NCBI GenBank assembly: GCA_902576395.1
Contig: CACGVB010000001.1
Coordinates: 44,420-108,419, forward strand
Length of the DNA: 64,000 nt
Reading direction: 5' to 3'
From: an uncultured Pelagibacteraceae bacterium
GTDB taxonomy: Bacteria > Pseudomonadota > Alphaproteobacteria > Pelagibacterales > Pelagibacteraceae
Part shown: one piece after another, positions 1 through 12,023 of the stretch
Position numbering within the stretch: position 1 is the first letter of the stretch
Layout: each line of letters begins with the position of its first letter
Translations under genes and position numbers: made by a program
The notes under the pieces: generated by a model
Databases searched by the model: none
What the model saw: the letters and a program-made list of their open reading frames with translations, nothing else
Told to the model about the DNA's origin: nothing

Positions 1-2
1 GA

Positions 3-719
3 AAACCAATTAAAACATATAGTAAAAATGAGACCAAAATTAACGAAGTTATTAAATATATTAAAAATGAAATTTCAAAAAAAAAACAAGTATTCTGGGT
101 TTGTCCACTTATCAAAGAATCAAAAAAGATTGACCATCAGTCTGCTACTGGAAAATATAAATATTTAAGTAAAATTTTTAAAGACAGAGTTGCTATTGTT
201 CATGGAGCAATGAGCAAGGAAGAAAAAGATGAAGTATTAAATAAGTTTAATGATAGAAAGATAGATATATTGGTTTCAACAACGGTAATAGAGGTTGGGA
301 TTGATTTTCCAAATGCTAATGTAATAGTCATTGAAAATTCAAATAAATACGGTTTATCTCAACTACATCAATTGAGAGGACGAGTTGGCAGAGGTAACAA
401 AGAGTCATCGTGTATACTTATGTTCAAAGCAGGACTGAGTGAAAATGCTCGTAAGAGAATAACAATTCTCAAAAATACGAATGATGGTTTTAAAATTGCT
501 GAGGAAGATTTAAAAATTAGAGGATATGGGGATATATTAGGATTTAAGCAAAGTGGTTTAAAAAAATACAATCTAGCGGATCCTATTCAACATGAAGATC
601 TTTTCAATATTGCAGAAAAAGAAATTAAAAAAATTGAAAAAAATAACATTAATATTAACAACTTTAATAAGCTTATCAAACTTTATGACAAAGTTGCTGT
701 AATTAATGAGACTATTTAG
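3..719 (+). CDS. recG: ATP-dependent DNA helicase RecG, C-terminal part (5'-truncated by window edge)
   Basis: The frame is open from base 3 (KQVFWVCPLIKES). Helicase motifs STTVIEVGID and QLHQLRGRVGRG and the TRG motif DGFKIAEEDLKIRG are present. Confidence 0.95.
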   Translation, partial: KPIKTYSKNETKINEVIKYIKNEISKKKQVFWVCPLIKESKKIDHQSATGKYKYLSKIFKDRVAIVHGAMSKEEKDEVLNKFNDRKIDILVSTTVIEVGIDFPNANVIVIENSNKYGLSQLHQLRGRVGRGNKESSCILMFKAGLSENARKRITILKNTNDGFKIAEEDLKIRGYGDILGFKQSGLKKYNLADPIQHEDLFNIAEKEIKKIEKNNININNFNKLIKLYDKVAVINETI

Positions 720-1335
720 TTTTAGTATCTGATGTCCCAGCTGAGACAATAAATTTTGATGCCTCTTCAAATGTCATATCTAAATATACGACCTCACTTT
801 TAGGAAACATTAACAGAAAACCACTAGTTGGATTTGGCGTTGTGGGGACAAAAACGTTTACTAATTCTGTATTAGTTTTTTTTGATATTTCACCTTTATT
901 TTCTTTTGTAGCAAAACCAACTGCCCATGTACCTTTTCTAGGATATTGTATTAGAACTACGCTTTTCTTTGAACCTTTTTTAGGTGCAAAGGTCTCTGTC
1001 ATTTGACCAATTGCTGAATAAATGGTTCTTAATATTGGGATTTTTTTTAATAAATCATTAAACAACTGTAAAAACTTTTTACCAATAAAAGAGAGTGATA
1101 AACCCCCTACAAAAGTAATAAAAATTACCGAAAGTAAGATTTCTAAACCTGGTATTGCAAAAGGTAAATAGCTATTTGGATTTATTCCTTGCGGAATTAA
1201 TTTCGATGAAATTGATATAAAAAAAGTTGTAAGATATAATGTAATTCCTATAGGTACTAAAACAACAATTCCTGTTATAAAATAGTTTCTAAGCCTTGCT
1301 ATAAATGAAATTCTTTTTCTTCTTAGTTTCGACAT
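712..1335 (-). CDS. DUF502 membrane protein
   Basis: Two N-terminal TM segments and the VFVPTTPNPTSGFL signature; this family usually sits next to recG in alphaproteobacteria. Confidence 0.85.
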   Translation of the reverse strand: MSKLRRKRISFIARLRNYFITGIVVLVPIGITLYLTTFFISISSKLIPQGINPNSYLPFAIPGLEILLSVIFITFVGGLSLSFIGKKFLQLFNDLLKKIPILRTIYSAIGQMTETFAPKKGSKKSVVLIQYPRKGTWAVGFATKENKGEISKKTNTELVNVFVPTTPNPTSGFLLMFPKSEVVYLDMTFEEASKFIVSAGTSDTKTK

Positions 1336-1381
1336 ATCTTTAATTGATTATAAATTACATGTAATATAAATATTAAGAAAA

Positions 1382-2203
1382 GTGAATAGAAGAAATTTTA
1401 TATATTTAATGGGTTGTGGGTGTGTTTCTGTTGGTTTACATGCCTGTACTACTGCTCCAATCACTGAAAGAAGGCAATTAAAATTAATTCCAGAATCAAA
1501 GCTTAATGCACAAGCAGCTCAATTGTATGAACAAGTAAAAAAGAAAGCTAAATTAAGTGAAGATAAAGATAGTTTAAACAAAATAATCCAAATTGGAAAT
1601 AAAATTGAAAATTCAATATCAGAGTATTTTTATAAAAATAATATGGATGATCCTACTTCAAACTTTTCTTGGGAATACATATTAATTGATAATAAAAAAA
1701 TTAAAAATGCATGGTGTATGCCAGGTGGAAAAATTGCTGTTTATACAGGAATGTTAGATATTACAAAAAATGATGATGGTCTTGCCGCTGTAATGGGACA
1801 TGAAATAGCACATGCAGTTGCTAAACACTCTGTTGAAAGACAAAGTAGAGCTGTATTATTAAATACAACAACTGGAATAATTGATATTGCTACTGGAGGT
1901 GCAATCTCAAAAGTTAACCAGACAACGGGCATGAATACTGTTGGATTAATATCACAAATTGGGATTATGAATCCTTTTACTAGAAAACAAGAGAGTGAAG
2001 CTGATTACCTAGGACTTATTTTTTCGTCATTATCTGGATACGATATTAGAGAAACAACGAAAATATGGGAAAGAATGAAGAAAGCAAATAAAGGTAAAGA
2101 GCCACCAGAATTTATGAGTACACATCCCTCAAATGATAGAAGGATTGATCAAATAAATAATTGGACTAACGAAATTATTCTAAAGTATCCACCAATAGTA
2201 TGA
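1382..2203 (+). CDS. M48 family Zn metallopeptidase (exported, probably lipoprotein/Tat)
   Basis: NAWCMPGGKI, HEIAH (HExxH), QESEAD and STHP motifs; N-terminus has RR and LHAC. Confidence 0.9.
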   Translation: MNRRNFIYLMGCGCVSVGLHACTTAPITERRQLKLIPESKLNAQAAQLYEQVKKKAKLSEDKDSLNKIIQIGNKIENSISEYFYKNNMDDPTSNFSWEYILIDNKKIKNAWCMPGGKIAVYTGMLDITKNDDGLAAVMGHEIAHAVAKHSVERQSRAVLLNTTTGIIDIATGGAISKVNQTTGMNTVGLISQIGIMNPFTRKQESEADYLGLIFSSLSGYDIRETTKIWERMKKANKGKEPPEFMSTHPSNDRRIDQINNWTNEIILKYPPIV

Positions 2204-2208
2204 TGTAA

Positions 2209-2284
<76 letters not shown>

Positions 2285-2334
2285 AACACGAAAATTCTTA
2301 TATTGATTTTTTAATATTTGGCAATGGTAAAAAT

Positions 2335-3453
2335 TTACAAAATATTAATATACTTGTCATGAAATTCATCAAAACTTCCCATTTTGATATTTTTTCGAAT
2401 TTCATACATAAGTTCTTGATAAAAGTTTATATTATTTAATGTTAAGATCATTGAGGCTAGCATCTCATTAGTATTATGGAGGTGGTTTAAATAATTTTTA
2501 GAGTATTTGTTTAAGTCAAATTTAGTAACACTACTATCTAGAGGTGTATTATCTAGTTTATTTTCCGAGTTTCTTATTTGGATTCTGCCATTCCAAGTAA
2601 AAGCTAATCCAGTTCTTCCTGATCTTGTTGGAAGAACACAATCAAACATATCTATACCCCTCTTAACTGCTCCTAATATATCGGATGGAGTTCCCACTCC
2701 CATTAAATATCGCGGTTTATCAATTGGTAAGTTATCTTTAATGCCATCTAAAACATCAAACATTTCTTGTTGAGTTTCTCCAACTGCTAAACCACCAATA
2801 GCATACCCATCAAATTCTATATCTATTAATTTATCAAGAGACTCATTTCTTAAATCTTTAAATAATCCTCCTTGAACTATACCAAACAGGGCTTTTTGTG
2901 AATTTGTTCCAAATTCTTCCTTAGATCGTCTAGCCCACTCTGTAGATAAATCCATAGAGTTTTTAATTATATTGTAGTCATTAGTATTTTTGGGACACTC
3001 ATCCATTACCATAACAATGTCTGAATTAAGTTTTTTTTGAATTTTAATACTTTCCTCAGGACTTAAAATAAAAGTTTTTCCATCTATATGCGACTGAAAG
3101 ATTGCTCCTTTATCTCTATCAATTTTATTGAATTTCGATAAAGACATCACTTGATAACCTCCAGAGTCAGTCAAAATAGGAAGTTTGCAATTCATAAATT
3201 TATGTAACCCACCAACTGCTTCGATCCTCTCAGTTCCAGGTCTAATCATTAAATGATAAGTATTTGAGAGAATTATTTCGCTGCCTGTTTTAATAATATC
3301 ATCAATAAAAACTCCTTTAACTGTAGCTTGAGTGCCTACAGGCATAAATGCAGGAGTATTTATTTCGCCTCTATGAGTTTGAATTAATCCAACTCGATAA
3401 TTTTTATTTTGATGTTTTACGCTAAAAGAAAAATTCTTTTTTATGTCTTCCAT
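2335..3453 (-). CDS. tgt: tRNA-guanine transglycosylase
   Basis: TPAFMPVGT, LTDSGGYQV, MDECP, GGLAVGE and DMFDCVLPTR motifs. Confidence 0.96.
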   Translation of the reverse strand: MEDIKKNFSFSVKHQNKNYRVGLIQTHRGEINTPAFMPVGTQATVKGVFIDDIIKTGSEIILSNTYHLMIRPGTERIEAVGGLHKFMNCKLPILTDSGGYQVMSLSKFNKIDRDKGAIFQSHIDGKTFILSPEESIKIQKKLNSDIVMVMDECPKNTNDYNIIKNSMDLSTEWARRSKEEFGTNSQKALFGIVQGGLFKDLRNESLDKLIDIEFDGYAIGGLAVGETQQEMFDVLDGIKDNLPIDKPRYLMGVGTPSDILGAVKRGIDMFDCVLPTRSGRTGLAFTWNGRIQIRNSENKLDNTPLDSSVTKFDLNKYSKNYLNHLHNTNEMLASMILTLNNINFYQELMYEIRKNIKMGSFDEFHDKYINIL

Positions 3454-3462
3454 CCATTAATT

Positions 3463-4020
3463 CTACTCAGACTTAAAGCTAATTATTTTATCTGGGTTAG
3501 AAACAGATCCATTGGGTCCATCACCTTTGGCTATCATATCAACAAACTCCATGCCCTCAATTACTTTTCCAAATACCGTATATTGTCTGTCAAGATGTGG
3601 AGTTGGACCAAAACAAATAAAAAACTGACTGTTTGCACTATTTGGATCTGAAGATCTTGCCATTGATAACGTTCCTCTTTCATGTGGCAAATCATTAAAC
3701 TCTTCTTTAAGATCAGGCATATCTGATCCACCCATGCCAGCTCTACTTAGGTTAAAACTTTCAGAAGATGAATTTCCAAATTGAACATCACCAGTTTGGG
3801 CCATAAAGCCATCAATTACTCTATGAAAAACGACACCGTCATATTTTCCGCTATTAGCTAGTTCTGTTATTCTTTTGACATGGTTTGGTGCCACATCTGG
3901 AAATAATTCAATTTTTAAATCTCCGTCTTTTAATTTTAGTATCATTGTGTTCTCCTTTGCATTTAAAGCTGTTGTTAATAAAAATATTGATAAAAATAAA
4001 ATGTAAATTTTTTTAAGCAT
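3463..4020 (-). CDS. Cyclophilin-type peptidyl-prolyl isomerase (exported)
   Basis: FHRVIDGFMAQTGD, SANSQFFI and YTVFGKV motifs; signal peptide. Confidence 0.93.
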   Translation of the reverse strand: MLKKIYILFLSIFLLTTALNAKENTMILKLKDGDLKIELFPDVAPNHVKRITELANSGKYDGVVFHRVIDGFMAQTGDVQFGNSSSESFNLSRAGMGGSDMPDLKEEFNDLPHERGTLSMARSSDPNSANSQFFICFGPTPHLDRQYTVFGKVIEGMEFVDMIAKGDGPNGSVSNPDKIISFKSE

Positions 4021-4507
4021 AAATTTCCCTAAGTGACTTGATGGTACTTTTTGTTGTAAATTTCCTCAGATCACCCTTATGTAGAGCTATTTCTTTTACA
4101 AATCTCGATGAAATTATCTGATTTTCAACATCAGACATAAGGAACACTGTTTCTACTTTATTGTTTAATTTTCTATTCATTCCTGCTAGCTGAAACTCAT
4201 ATTCAAAATCTGAAACAGCTCTTAAACCTCTCAGAATTAGGTTTGACTTATATTTTTTACATAATTCTGTTGTTAGAGAATTAAATTTAATAACCTGAAT
4301 TCTATTTTTTGGAAGTTTCAAGTCTCCATATAAAGCCTTTGAAACAATTTTTAATCTTTCATCTATTGGAAATAAAAAATTTTTCTCATTTCCATCAGAT
4401 ATACCTACAATTATTTTATCTGCCAATTTTAGAGCTTTTTTGATGACATCTATGTGGCCGTTTGTTATTGGATCAAATGTTCCTGGGTATATAGCTATAT
4501 TTTTCAT
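4013..4507 (-). CDS. coaD: Pantetheine-phosphate adenylyltransferase
   Basis: YPGTFDPITNGH, RGLRAVSDFEYE and ISSRFVKEIA motifs. Confidence 0.96.
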   Translation of the reverse strand: MKNIAIYPGTFDPITNGHIDVIKKALKLADKIIVGISDGNEKNFLFPIDERLKIVSKALYGDLKLPKNRIQVIKFNSLTTELCKKYKSNLILRGLRAVSDFEYEFQLAGMNRKLNNKVETVFLMSDVENQIISSRFVKEIALHKGDLRKFTTKSTIKSLREIYA

Positions 4508-7083
4508 TAAACTAAATTATCATCTAATTTAATTGAAGAGACAACCTTTTCATCACCAGTTAACTTAATAATACGTACTCCTTGTGTATTTCTTCCAGCT
4601 ATTCTTATTTCTTTGACAGCAGTTCTTATAACTCTACCTTTATTGGTTGAAATTAATATTTGATCACCTTCAAACACAGGAAAAGATGAAGAGACATTTC
4701 CGTTTCTTGGAGAATTCACTATACCAATTATTCCCTTACCTCCTCGATTTGTAACTCTAAAATCATAATGCGATGTTCTTTTACCATAACCATTTTCTGT
4801 AATTGATAAGATAAATTTTTCTTTAGCTTTAACCTCAGATTTTTCATCTTTAGTTTTACCTTTTTTAATATCGTCTTTATCAATTATAGATAAAGAAACA
4901 ATTGTATCTTTTTCTGAAAGATTAATACCTCTAATGCCTTTAGAAGATCTCCCCTTAAAAACTCTAAGTTTTTTAGACTCAAACCTTATGCATTTACCAA
5001 ATTTTGTATTTAGCATTATATCTTGATCATCAGTACATATTTTTACCCCTACAATTTTATCATCTGAATCTAGTTTCATTGCAATTTTTCCAGAAGCATT
5101 AATAGATGAAAAATCCTCTAGGTTATTCTTTCTTATTTTCCCCTTGCTAGTTGCAAAAATGATATGCATGTTTTTTTTGTCAACATCTTCATCAGGAAAA
5201 GGCATAATTGAACTTATAGATTGATGGTTTTTTAAAGGCAAAATATTGAATAGTGATTTACCTTTAGATGAAGCTGAACCTTCAGGTATTTTCCAGGCTT
5301 TAACTTTGTAGGCTAAACCCTCTGTTGAAAAAAATAACAAAGACGTATGTGTATCTACAGATAATGTTTGAACAACTGAATCTTCTTCTCTCGTTTTAAT
5401 TCCGGTTTTTCCTTTTCCACCTCTTTTTTGTTGTTTAACCCCACTTAGGGCTCCTCTTTTGATATATCCTTGAAGTGTTATTGTAATTATTACTGATTCC
5501 TTTTGTATTGTCTCTTCTATGTCATAATTTAGAACTGCATCTATAATTTTTGTTCTTCTAGGAACTGAAAATTTATCTTTTATCATCTGTAAATCATTGC
5601 TTATTACGCTTAACAATTCAGTTTTCGAATTTATAATTTTTTTATATTTAGAAATCTCTGTTGCTAATTTTTTGATTTCTATCTCTATTTCATTAATTCC
5701 TATGGCAGTTAATTTTTGAAGCCTAAGTTCCAATATAGATGTTACTTGATCATTAGATAATAAATACTTTCCCTTATAATTTTTATTATCAACTAACTTA
5801 ATAAGTTTTGATGCTTGATTTATTTTCCAAGTTGTTTTTAAAAGTGAATTTTTTGCTTCCTCGGGGTTTTTAGATGATCTGATTATTTTAATGACTCTAT
5901 CAATATTCTCAACACTGACGGATAATCCAAGCAAAATATGAACTCTATCCTCTGCTTTTTTAAGATCAAATTTAGTTCTTTTTATGACTACATCTTCTCT
6001 AAACCTTAAAAAGTTTTCTAAAAAATCTTTTAGGTTGCAAGTCTTTGGTTTTTGATCAACGATTGCTAAAGAGTTAAAACCAAAGGATGATTCTATTGAG
6101 GTATATTTGTATAATTGCCTCTTGACGGTTTCAGGTTCTACATTTCTTCTAAGATCTATCGATACTCTTATACCCTCGCTATTTGACTCATCTCTTATAT
6201 CACTTATACCTTCAATCTTTTTGTCTCTTACTAGTTCTGCAATTCTCTCATTTAAATTAGATTTATTAATTTGATAAGGTATTGACGAAACTACAAGTCT
6301 ATCTTTGCCATTTTTTAAATTTTCTACTGAAATTTCCCCACGAATTTTAAAAGACCCTCTTCCAGTTTTATATCCTTGTTTAATTATATCTTTCCCAATT
6401 ATCAATCCACCAGTTGGGAAATCTGGACCTGGAATATGTTTCATTAATTCATTAATTTTAATATCTTTGTTTTTAATTAATGCTAAAGTTCCATCTACAA
6501 CCTCGCCTAAATTATGGGGTGGTATACTTGTTGCCATTCCAACTGCAATTCCTCCAGCGCCATTAACTAAAAGATTTGGATATTGAGCAGGTAATACAAT
6601 AGGTTCTTGCTCTGTTTCATCGTAATTACTTTTAAAGGATACAGTATTTTTTTCTATATCATCAATTAAAAACTGTGAAACTTTTGCAAGTTTGGTTTCA
6701 GTGTATCTCATAGCTGCAGGAGGATCTCCGTCTATAGAACCAAAATTACCCTGTCCGTCGATTAAAGGTAAACTCATTGAAAATTCTTGAACCATTCTAA
6801 CTAAAGCATCATAGACAGCTTGATCACCATGAGGGTGATATTTACCAATTACATCTCCAACAATTCTTGCAGATTTTCTAAATTGTTTTGACCAATCAAA
6901 GCCACCTTTGTGCATTGCATATATAATTCTTCTGTGAACAGGTTTTAATCCATCTCTTATATCCGGTAGTGCTCTACTTACGATAACACTCATAGCGTAA
7001 GATAAATATGATGAACTCATCTCATCATACATTGAGATTGGTTTAATATTATTATTTATCTTTGGAATTTCGTTTTTTTCCAT
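4507..7083 (-). CDS. gyrA: DNA gyrase subunit A
   Basis: [15 protein letters not shown] and AAMRYTE motifs; GyrA-box QKRGGKG; beta-pinwheel C-terminal repeats. Confidence 0.97.
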   Translation of the reverse strand: MEKNEIPKINNNIKPISMYDEMSSSYLSYAMSVIVSRALPDIRDGLKPVHRRIIYAMHKGGFDWSKQFRKSARIVGDVIGKYHPHGDQAVYDALVRMVQEFSMSLPLIDGQGNFGSIDGDPPAAMRYTETKLAKVSQFLIDDIEKNTVSFKSNYDETEQEPIVLPAQYPNLLVNGAGGIAVGMATSIPPHNLGEVVDGTLALIKNKDIKINELMKHIPGPDFPTGGLIIGKDIIKQGYKTGRGSFKIRGEISVENLKNGKDRLVVSSIPYQINKSNLNERIAELVRDKKIEGISDIRDESNSEGIRVSIDLRRNVEPETVKRQLYKYTSIESSFGFNSLAIVDQKPKTCNLKDFLENFLRFREDVVIKRTKFDLKKAEDRVHILLGLSVSVENIDRVIKIIRSSKNPEEAKNSLLKTTWKINQASKLIKLVDNKNYKGKYLLSNDQVTSILELRLQKLTAIGINEIEIEIKKLATEISKYKKIINSKTELLSVISNDLQMIKDKFSVPRRTKIIDAVLNYDIEETIQKESVIITITLQGYIKRGALSGVKQQKRGGKGKTGIKTREEDSVVQTLSVDTHTSLLFFSTEGLAYKVKAWKIPEGSASSKGKSLFNILPLKNHQSISSIMPFPDEDVDKKNMHIIFATSKGKIRKNNLEDFSSINASGKIAMKLDSDDKIVGVKICTDDQDIMLNTKFGKCIRFESKKLRVFKGRSSKGIRGINLSEKDTIVSLSIIDKDDIKKGKTKDEKSEVKAKEKFILSITENGYGKRTSHYDFRVTNRGGKGIIGIVNSPRNGNVSSSFPVFEGDQILISTNKGRVIRTAVKEIRIAGRNTQGVRIIKLTGDEKVVSSIKLDDNLV

Positions 7084-7088
7084 ATTAA

Positions 7089-7538
7089 TTAAAATGGAAT
7101 ATCGTCGTCTAAGCCACTTTGATCTGGTGCGGGACTATCATCAAAATTTTGTTTATTATCTTGTGAAGCGATATTATTTTGATTACCACCACCAAGCATT
7201 GTTAAAGATGAATTGTAACCTTGTATTAAAATTTCAGTTGAGTATTTATCTTGTCCACTTTGTTCGTCTTTCCATTTTCTTGTTGAAAGTTGCCCTTCAA
7301 CGTACACTTGTGCACCTTTTTTTAAATACTGTTGAACAACATTTACCAAACCTTCATTAAAAACAACTATTCTGTGCCATTCAGTTTTTTCTTTTTTTTC
7401 TCCAGTATTTTTGTCTTTCCAGGATTGGCTTGTAGCAAGACTTAGTCTCGCAACACTTTTTCCGTTAACCATTTGCTTTACTTCAGGGTCTGCGCCCAAA
7501 CGACCAATTAATAATACTTTATTTAAACTTCCAGCCAT
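7089..7538 (-). CDS. ssb: Single-stranded DNA-binding protein
   Basis: [14 protein letters not shown] and TEWHR motifs; acidic tail DDDIPF. Confidence 0.97.
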   Translation of the reverse strand: MAGSLNKVLLIGRLGADPEVKQMVNGKSVARLSLATSQSWKDKNTGEKKEKTEWHRIVVFNEGLVNVVQQYLKKGAQVYVEGQLSTRKWKDEQSGQDKYSTEILIQGYNSSLTMLGGGNQNNIASQDNKQNFDDSPAPDQSGLDDDIPF

Positions 7539-7619
7539 AATATTTTAATATTTAAGAATGTTTATTATATCACTTATTAACTTGAATATTAATTTTATTA
7601 ATTTAAAGCAACAAAAATT

Positions 7620-10496
7620 ATGCTTAAAAAGATAGTTATTAAGGGTGCAAAAGAGCACAATTTAAAGAATATAACGCTAGAAATTCCAAAAGAAAAATTT
7701 GTAGTAATCACAGGTCTATCTGGATCAGGAAAATCGTCTTTAGCTTTTGATACTGTTTATGCTGAAGGACAGAGACGTTATGTTGAAAGCTTATCAGCTT
7801 ATGCAAGGCAGTTTCTGGATAAGATGAAAAAACCAAATGTTGATTTAATTGAAGGATTAAGTCCAGCAATCTCAATTGAACAGAAAAATACATCAAAAAA
7901 TCCAAGATCTACAGTTGCAACTGTTACAGAAATTTATGATTACATGAGGGTTCTTTATGCAAGAGCCGGCATCCCTTATTCACCATTTACAGGACTGCCA
8001 ATAACTTCTCAAACGATAAGTCAAATTGTTGATAAAATTAAAACACTGCCAAAAAAATCAACAATTTTTTTATATGCACCAGTTGTTAGAGGAAGAAAAG
8101 GAGAATATCGGAAAGATATTCTTGGCTATAAAAAAAGAGGATTTAGAAAAATTAAAGTCGATAATAAGCTTTATGATATAGATGAAGTCCCAGAATTAAA
8201 TAAAAAATTAAAACATGATATAGCAGTTCTAGTTGATAGAATTGTTTTAAACGCTTCATTAGGAAATAGATTAGCTGAAAGTGTTGAAACAGCAGTTAAC
8301 CTAGCAAATGGATTAATGTTTGTAGAATATGAAGATGAAACACTACCAAAAAAATTTAGAAAGACTGAAAATTTGATATTTTCAACTAAGTTTGCCTGTC
8401 CTGAAAGTGGTTTTACAATTGAAGAAATAGAACCAAGACTTTTTTCTTTTAATAGCCCCTACGGTGCTTGCGAAGAATGTGAGGGTATTGGTGTTAAATT
8501 AAATGTTGATCCAAAATTAGTTGTGCCAGATGAAAAGAAAACAATAGCAGATGGAGCTATAGAACCTTGGTCAAAATCATCATCTTTATATTATGCACAA
8601 ACTTTAGCCTCTATAGCAAAACATTATGGTTTTTCATTAAATGACAGATGGTCTAGACTTTCAAAAAAAATTAAAGATGTAATATTATTCGGATCTGATG
8701 AGGAAGAAATCAAATTTTCATATGATGATGGATATGAAAAATATTCACATAAAAAAACATTCGAAGGAGTGGTAAATAATTTAGAGAGAAGATTTTTAGA
8801 AACTGATAGTGATTGGAAAAGAGAGGAAATATCTCAATACCAATCAGATACAAAATGCGAAAGATGTAATGGTCACAGATTAAAAGATGAGGCACTTTGT
8901 GTTAAAATTAATGACCTTAATATAAGTGAAGTAACTGAGAAATCTATATTTGATGCAAAGCAATGGTTTAAATCACTCGAGACAAAATTAGATAAACGTC
9001 AACTAAAAATTGCTCAACATATTTTAAAAGAAATTAATGAGAGATTAAATTTTCTACTTAATGTTGGTCTTGACTACTTAACTTTATCAAGAGAATCTGG
9101 AACTTTATCCGGTGGTGAAGCACAGAGAATAAGACTAGCATCTCAAATAGGTTCAGGATTAACAGGAGTTTTATATGTGCTTGATGAACCATCTATTGGC
9201 TTACATCAAAAAGATAACGTTAAATTAATTAATGCATTAAAAAGACTTAGAGACTTAGGCAACACGGTCATAGTAGTAGAGCATGATACTGAAACTATGG
9301 AAAATGCAGATCACATAATTGATCTAGGACCTGAGGCTGGAAACAAAGGTGGTGAAGTAATTGCACAAGGATCTTATAGAGATATATTAAATAATAACGA
9401 TAGTATAACGGGAAGATACTTATCAAATAAAAGTTTCATACCAATTCCAAGAAATAGAAGATTAGCTAAAAATGGAAGGTTTTTAGAAATTAATGGAGCA
9501 AGCGGAAATAATTTAAATAACGTGAATCTTAAAATTCCACTTGGAAGTTTTACCTGTGTAACGGGTGTTTCAGGGAGTGGTAAATCAACATTAATACTTC
9601 AAACTCTTTACAACGCTTTAAACCTTACCCTTAATAATAACAAATCGAGAAAAATTCCAAAACCATTTAGAGGATTTAAAGGTATTGAATTAGTTGATAA
9701 AATTATAGATATAGATCAATCTCCTATAGGAAGAACTCCTAGATCTAATCCAGCAACTTATACTGGAGCGTTTGGTCCAATTAGAGACTGGTTTACAAAT
9801 TTACCAGAGTCAAAAAGTAGAGGTTATAAACCTGGAAGATTTTCATTCAACGTCAAAGGTGGGAGATGCGAGGCTTGTGAAGGTGACGGGGTAATAACGT
9901 ATGAAATGCACTTTTTACCAGATGTTTATATAACTTGTGATGAATGCAAAGGAACTAGATACAATAGAGAAACACTAGAAATTAAATTTAAAGATAAAAG
10001 TATTGCAGATGTTTTGAATATGACAGTTGACGAAGGTTGTGAGTATTTTGAAAACATTTCTAATATAAAAACAAAATTACTTACACTTAAGAAAGTAGGT
10101 TTAGGTTATATAAAAATTGGTCAGCAAGCTACAACCCTATCAGGTGGAGAAGCTCAAAGAATTAAATTAGCAAAAGAATTATCTAAAAGGTCAACTGGAA
10201 GAACAATATATATTTTGGACGAGCCAACAACAGGGTTACATCAACACGATATTAAAAAATTATTGGAAATTTTACATACCTTTGTTGCAACTGGAAATAC
10301 TGTCGTTGTTATTGAGCATAATTTAGATGTTATAAAAACTGCTGATTATATAGTTGATATGGGTCCAGAAGGTGGTGTAAAGGGTGGAAATATCATAGCT
10401 GAAGGTAAACCAGAAGAAATTATCAATGTTAAAGAAAGTTATACAGGTAAATTTTTAAAACCAATGTTGGACAATAAGTTCAAAAAAACTGCTTAA
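7620..10496 (+). CDS. uvrA: Excinuclease ABC subunit A
   Basis: Two ABC ATPase modules ([26 protein letters not shown] twice) and Zn fingers. Confidence 0.98.
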   Translation: MLKKIVIKGAKEHNLKNITLEIPKEKFVVITGLSGSGKSSLAFDTVYAEGQRRYVESLSAYARQFLDKMKKPNVDLIEGLSPAISIEQKNTSKNPRSTVATVTEIYDYMRVLYARAGIPYSPFTGLPITSQTISQIVDKIKTLPKKSTIFLYAPVVRGRKGEYRKDILGYKKRGFRKIKVDNKLYDIDEVPELNKKLKHDIAVLVDRIVLNASLGNRLAESVETAVNLANGLMFVEYEDETLPKKFRKTENLIFSTKFACPESGFTIEEIEPRLFSFNSPYGACEECEGIGVKLNVDPKLVVPDEKKTIADGAIEPWSKSSSLYYAQTLASIAKHYGFSLNDRWSRLSKKIKDVILFGSDEEEIKFSYDDGYEKYSHKKTFEGVVNNLERRFLETDSDWKREEISQYQSDTKCERCNGHRLKDEALCVKINDLNISEVTEKSIFDAKQWFKSLETKLDKRQLKIAQHILKEINERLNFLLNVGLDYLTLSRESGTLSGGEAQRIRLASQIGSGLTGVLYVLDEPSIGLHQKDNVKLINALKRLRDLGNTVIVVEHDTETMENADHIIDLGPEAGNKGGEVIAQGSYRDILNNNDSITGRYLSNKSFIPIPRNRRLAKNGRFLEINGASGNNLNNVNLKIPLGSFTCVTGVSGSGKSTLILQTLYNALNLTLNNNKSRKIPKPFRGFKGIELVDKIIDIDQSPIGRTPRSNPATYTGAFGPIRDWFTNLPESKSRGYKPGRFSFNVKGGRCEACEGDGVITYEMHFLPDVYITCDECKGTRYNRETLEIKFKDKSIADVLNMTVDEGCEYFENISNIKTKLLTLKKVGLGYIKIGQQATTLSGGEAQRIKLAKELSKRSTGRTIYILDEPTTGLHQHDIKKLLEILHTFVATGNTVVVIEHNLDVIKTADYIVDMGPEGGVKGGNIIAEGKPEEIINVKESYTGKFLKPMLDNKFKKTA

Positions 10497-10530
10497 ACTT
10501 TAGATAAAAATGTTATAAATTATAAGAATT

Positions 10531-11133
10531 ATGACATCGATTCTTCATTCATTATCTAAAACTATTCATATCTCTTTAGCATTGTCCATTCTGTTATTTT
10601 TAGGTTTATATTTTGGAAATGGTGGTTTTGATTTAGACCTAGTTTTTTGGAGTTGGTTATTTAGATATATACATGTCATTGTTGCAATAATGTGGATTGG
10701 TTTACTCTGGTATTTTAATTTCGTTCAAATACCAAACATGGCAAAAATACCTGACGAACAAAAACCAGCTATTGGAAAAGTAATAGCTCCAGCAGCTCTG
10801 TTTTGGTTTAGGTGGGCAGCTTTAGTTACAGTAATATCAGGACTTATCTTAGCATATTTAAATGGTTATGTTCACCAAGCGATGACATTAGGAATTGGAT
10901 CGGGTGGTGGTAAAGCAACTGCCATTGGAATTGGTATGTGGTTAGGAATTATAATGGCATTTAATGTTTGGTTTGTGATTTGGCCAAACCAGAAAAAAGC
11001 TTTAGGTATTATTGAGGTTGAAGCTGATGTTAAAGCAAAATCTGCAAAAACAGCAATGCTGTTTTCTAGAACAAATACACTTTTATCTTTGCCAATGCTT
11101 CTGACTATGGTAATTGCTCAAAATCTTTATTAA
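10531..11133 (+). CDS. PuuD-like (urate oxidase N-terminal domain family) membrane protein
   Basis: RYIHVIVAIMWIGLLWYFNF, FRWAA, MAFNVWFVIWPNQK and SRTNT motifs; no cytochrome c domain. Confidence 0.7.
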   Translation: MTSILHSLSKTIHISLALSILLFLGLYFGNGGFDLDLVFWSWLFRYIHVIVAIMWIGLLWYFNFVQIPNMAKIPDEQKPAIGKVIAPAALFWFRWAALVTVISGLILAYLNGYVHQAMTLGIGSGGGKATAIGIGMWLGIIMAFNVWFVIWPNQKKALGIIEVEADVKAKSAKTAMLFSRTNTLLSLPMLLTMVIAQNLY

Positions 11134-12023
11134 TCTTTTTCTTCTTTAACTATTGTTCTTTGACTGACATTCAGTGCAACTAAAATAGGATTAGCGATAT
11201 ATATTGAGGAATAAGTTCCAAATATAACTCCTAATATCATTGCTAAAGAAAAGCCTTTTAATATTTCACCACCAAATAAGTAAATTGATAAAAGAGCTAA
11301 TAACGTTGTTACAGATGTAATTATCGTTCTAGATAAAGTTTCATTTATTGAAATATTAGTTAAGTCAAAAATTTTTATATCAGAATACTTTCTTAAATTT
11401 TCTCTAACTCTATCGAATATAACAACAGTATCGTTCATGGAGTAACCAACAATAGTTAAAACAGCTGCAACGATAGAAAGGTTTATTTCAAGTGAAAAAA
11501 TAGAAAATATACCCAATGTAATTATAACATCGTGAAATATAGCTAAAATAGCCCCTAAGCTAAACTGCCATTCAAATCTTATCCAAATATATAATAGCAT
11601 TGCTGCAAGCGACAAACTTATAGCAATAATTCCAGATTTTAAGAGTTCTGAGCTTACTTTTGGACCAACATTTTCTACTCTTCTAAAGTCGACATCGCCA
11701 ATAGAGCTAGATAATTTATTTTGAATATTTTTTATAAATTCAGGATCATTTGAATTTTGTTTTTCAAACTTAACGATAAAGTCTGTTTCATTGCCAAATT
11801 TTTTGACAGATACATCACCTAAATTCATTTGATTAAAGCTATCTCTAATAAGACTAATATTATTAGTTTTATCTGTAGTTCTTAATTCAATTAAAGTACC
11901 ACCTTTGAAATCAACACCATAATTTAAACCTTTAAAAATTAAAAATACTAATGAAATCACTATTAGGATAAGTGATAATATATTAAATTTTCTATAGAAC
12001 TTATTAAAAGAAATATTACTCAT
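11130..12023 (-). CDS. secF: Protein translocase subunit SecF
   Basis: GVDFKGG, VGPKVS and GYSMNDTVVIFDRVRE motifs. Confidence 0.96.
   Translation of the reverse strand: MSNISFNKFYRKFNILSLILIVISLVFLIFKGLNYGVDFKGGTLIELRTTDKTNNISLIRDSFNQMNLGDVSVKKFGNETDFIVKFEKQNSNDPEFIKNIQNKLSSSIGDVDFRRVENVGPKVSSELLKSGIIAISLSLAAMLLYIWIRFEWQFSLGAILAIFHDVIITLGIFSIFSLEINLSIVAAVLTIVGYSMNDTVVIFDRVRENLRKYSDIKIFDLTNISINETLSRTIITSVTTLLALLSIYLFGGEILKGFSLAMILGVIFGTYSSIYIANPILVALNVSQRTIVKEEKD

Noticed and set aside
8390-8485. UvrA first zinc finger CPES instead of CxxC
   Set aside because: The CPxS variant is common in alphaproteobacterial UvrA.
10531-11133. PuuD-like gene as evidence of urate catabolism
   Set aside because: It lacks the cytochrome c domain and has no purine-degradation neighbours, so the function cannot be supported.
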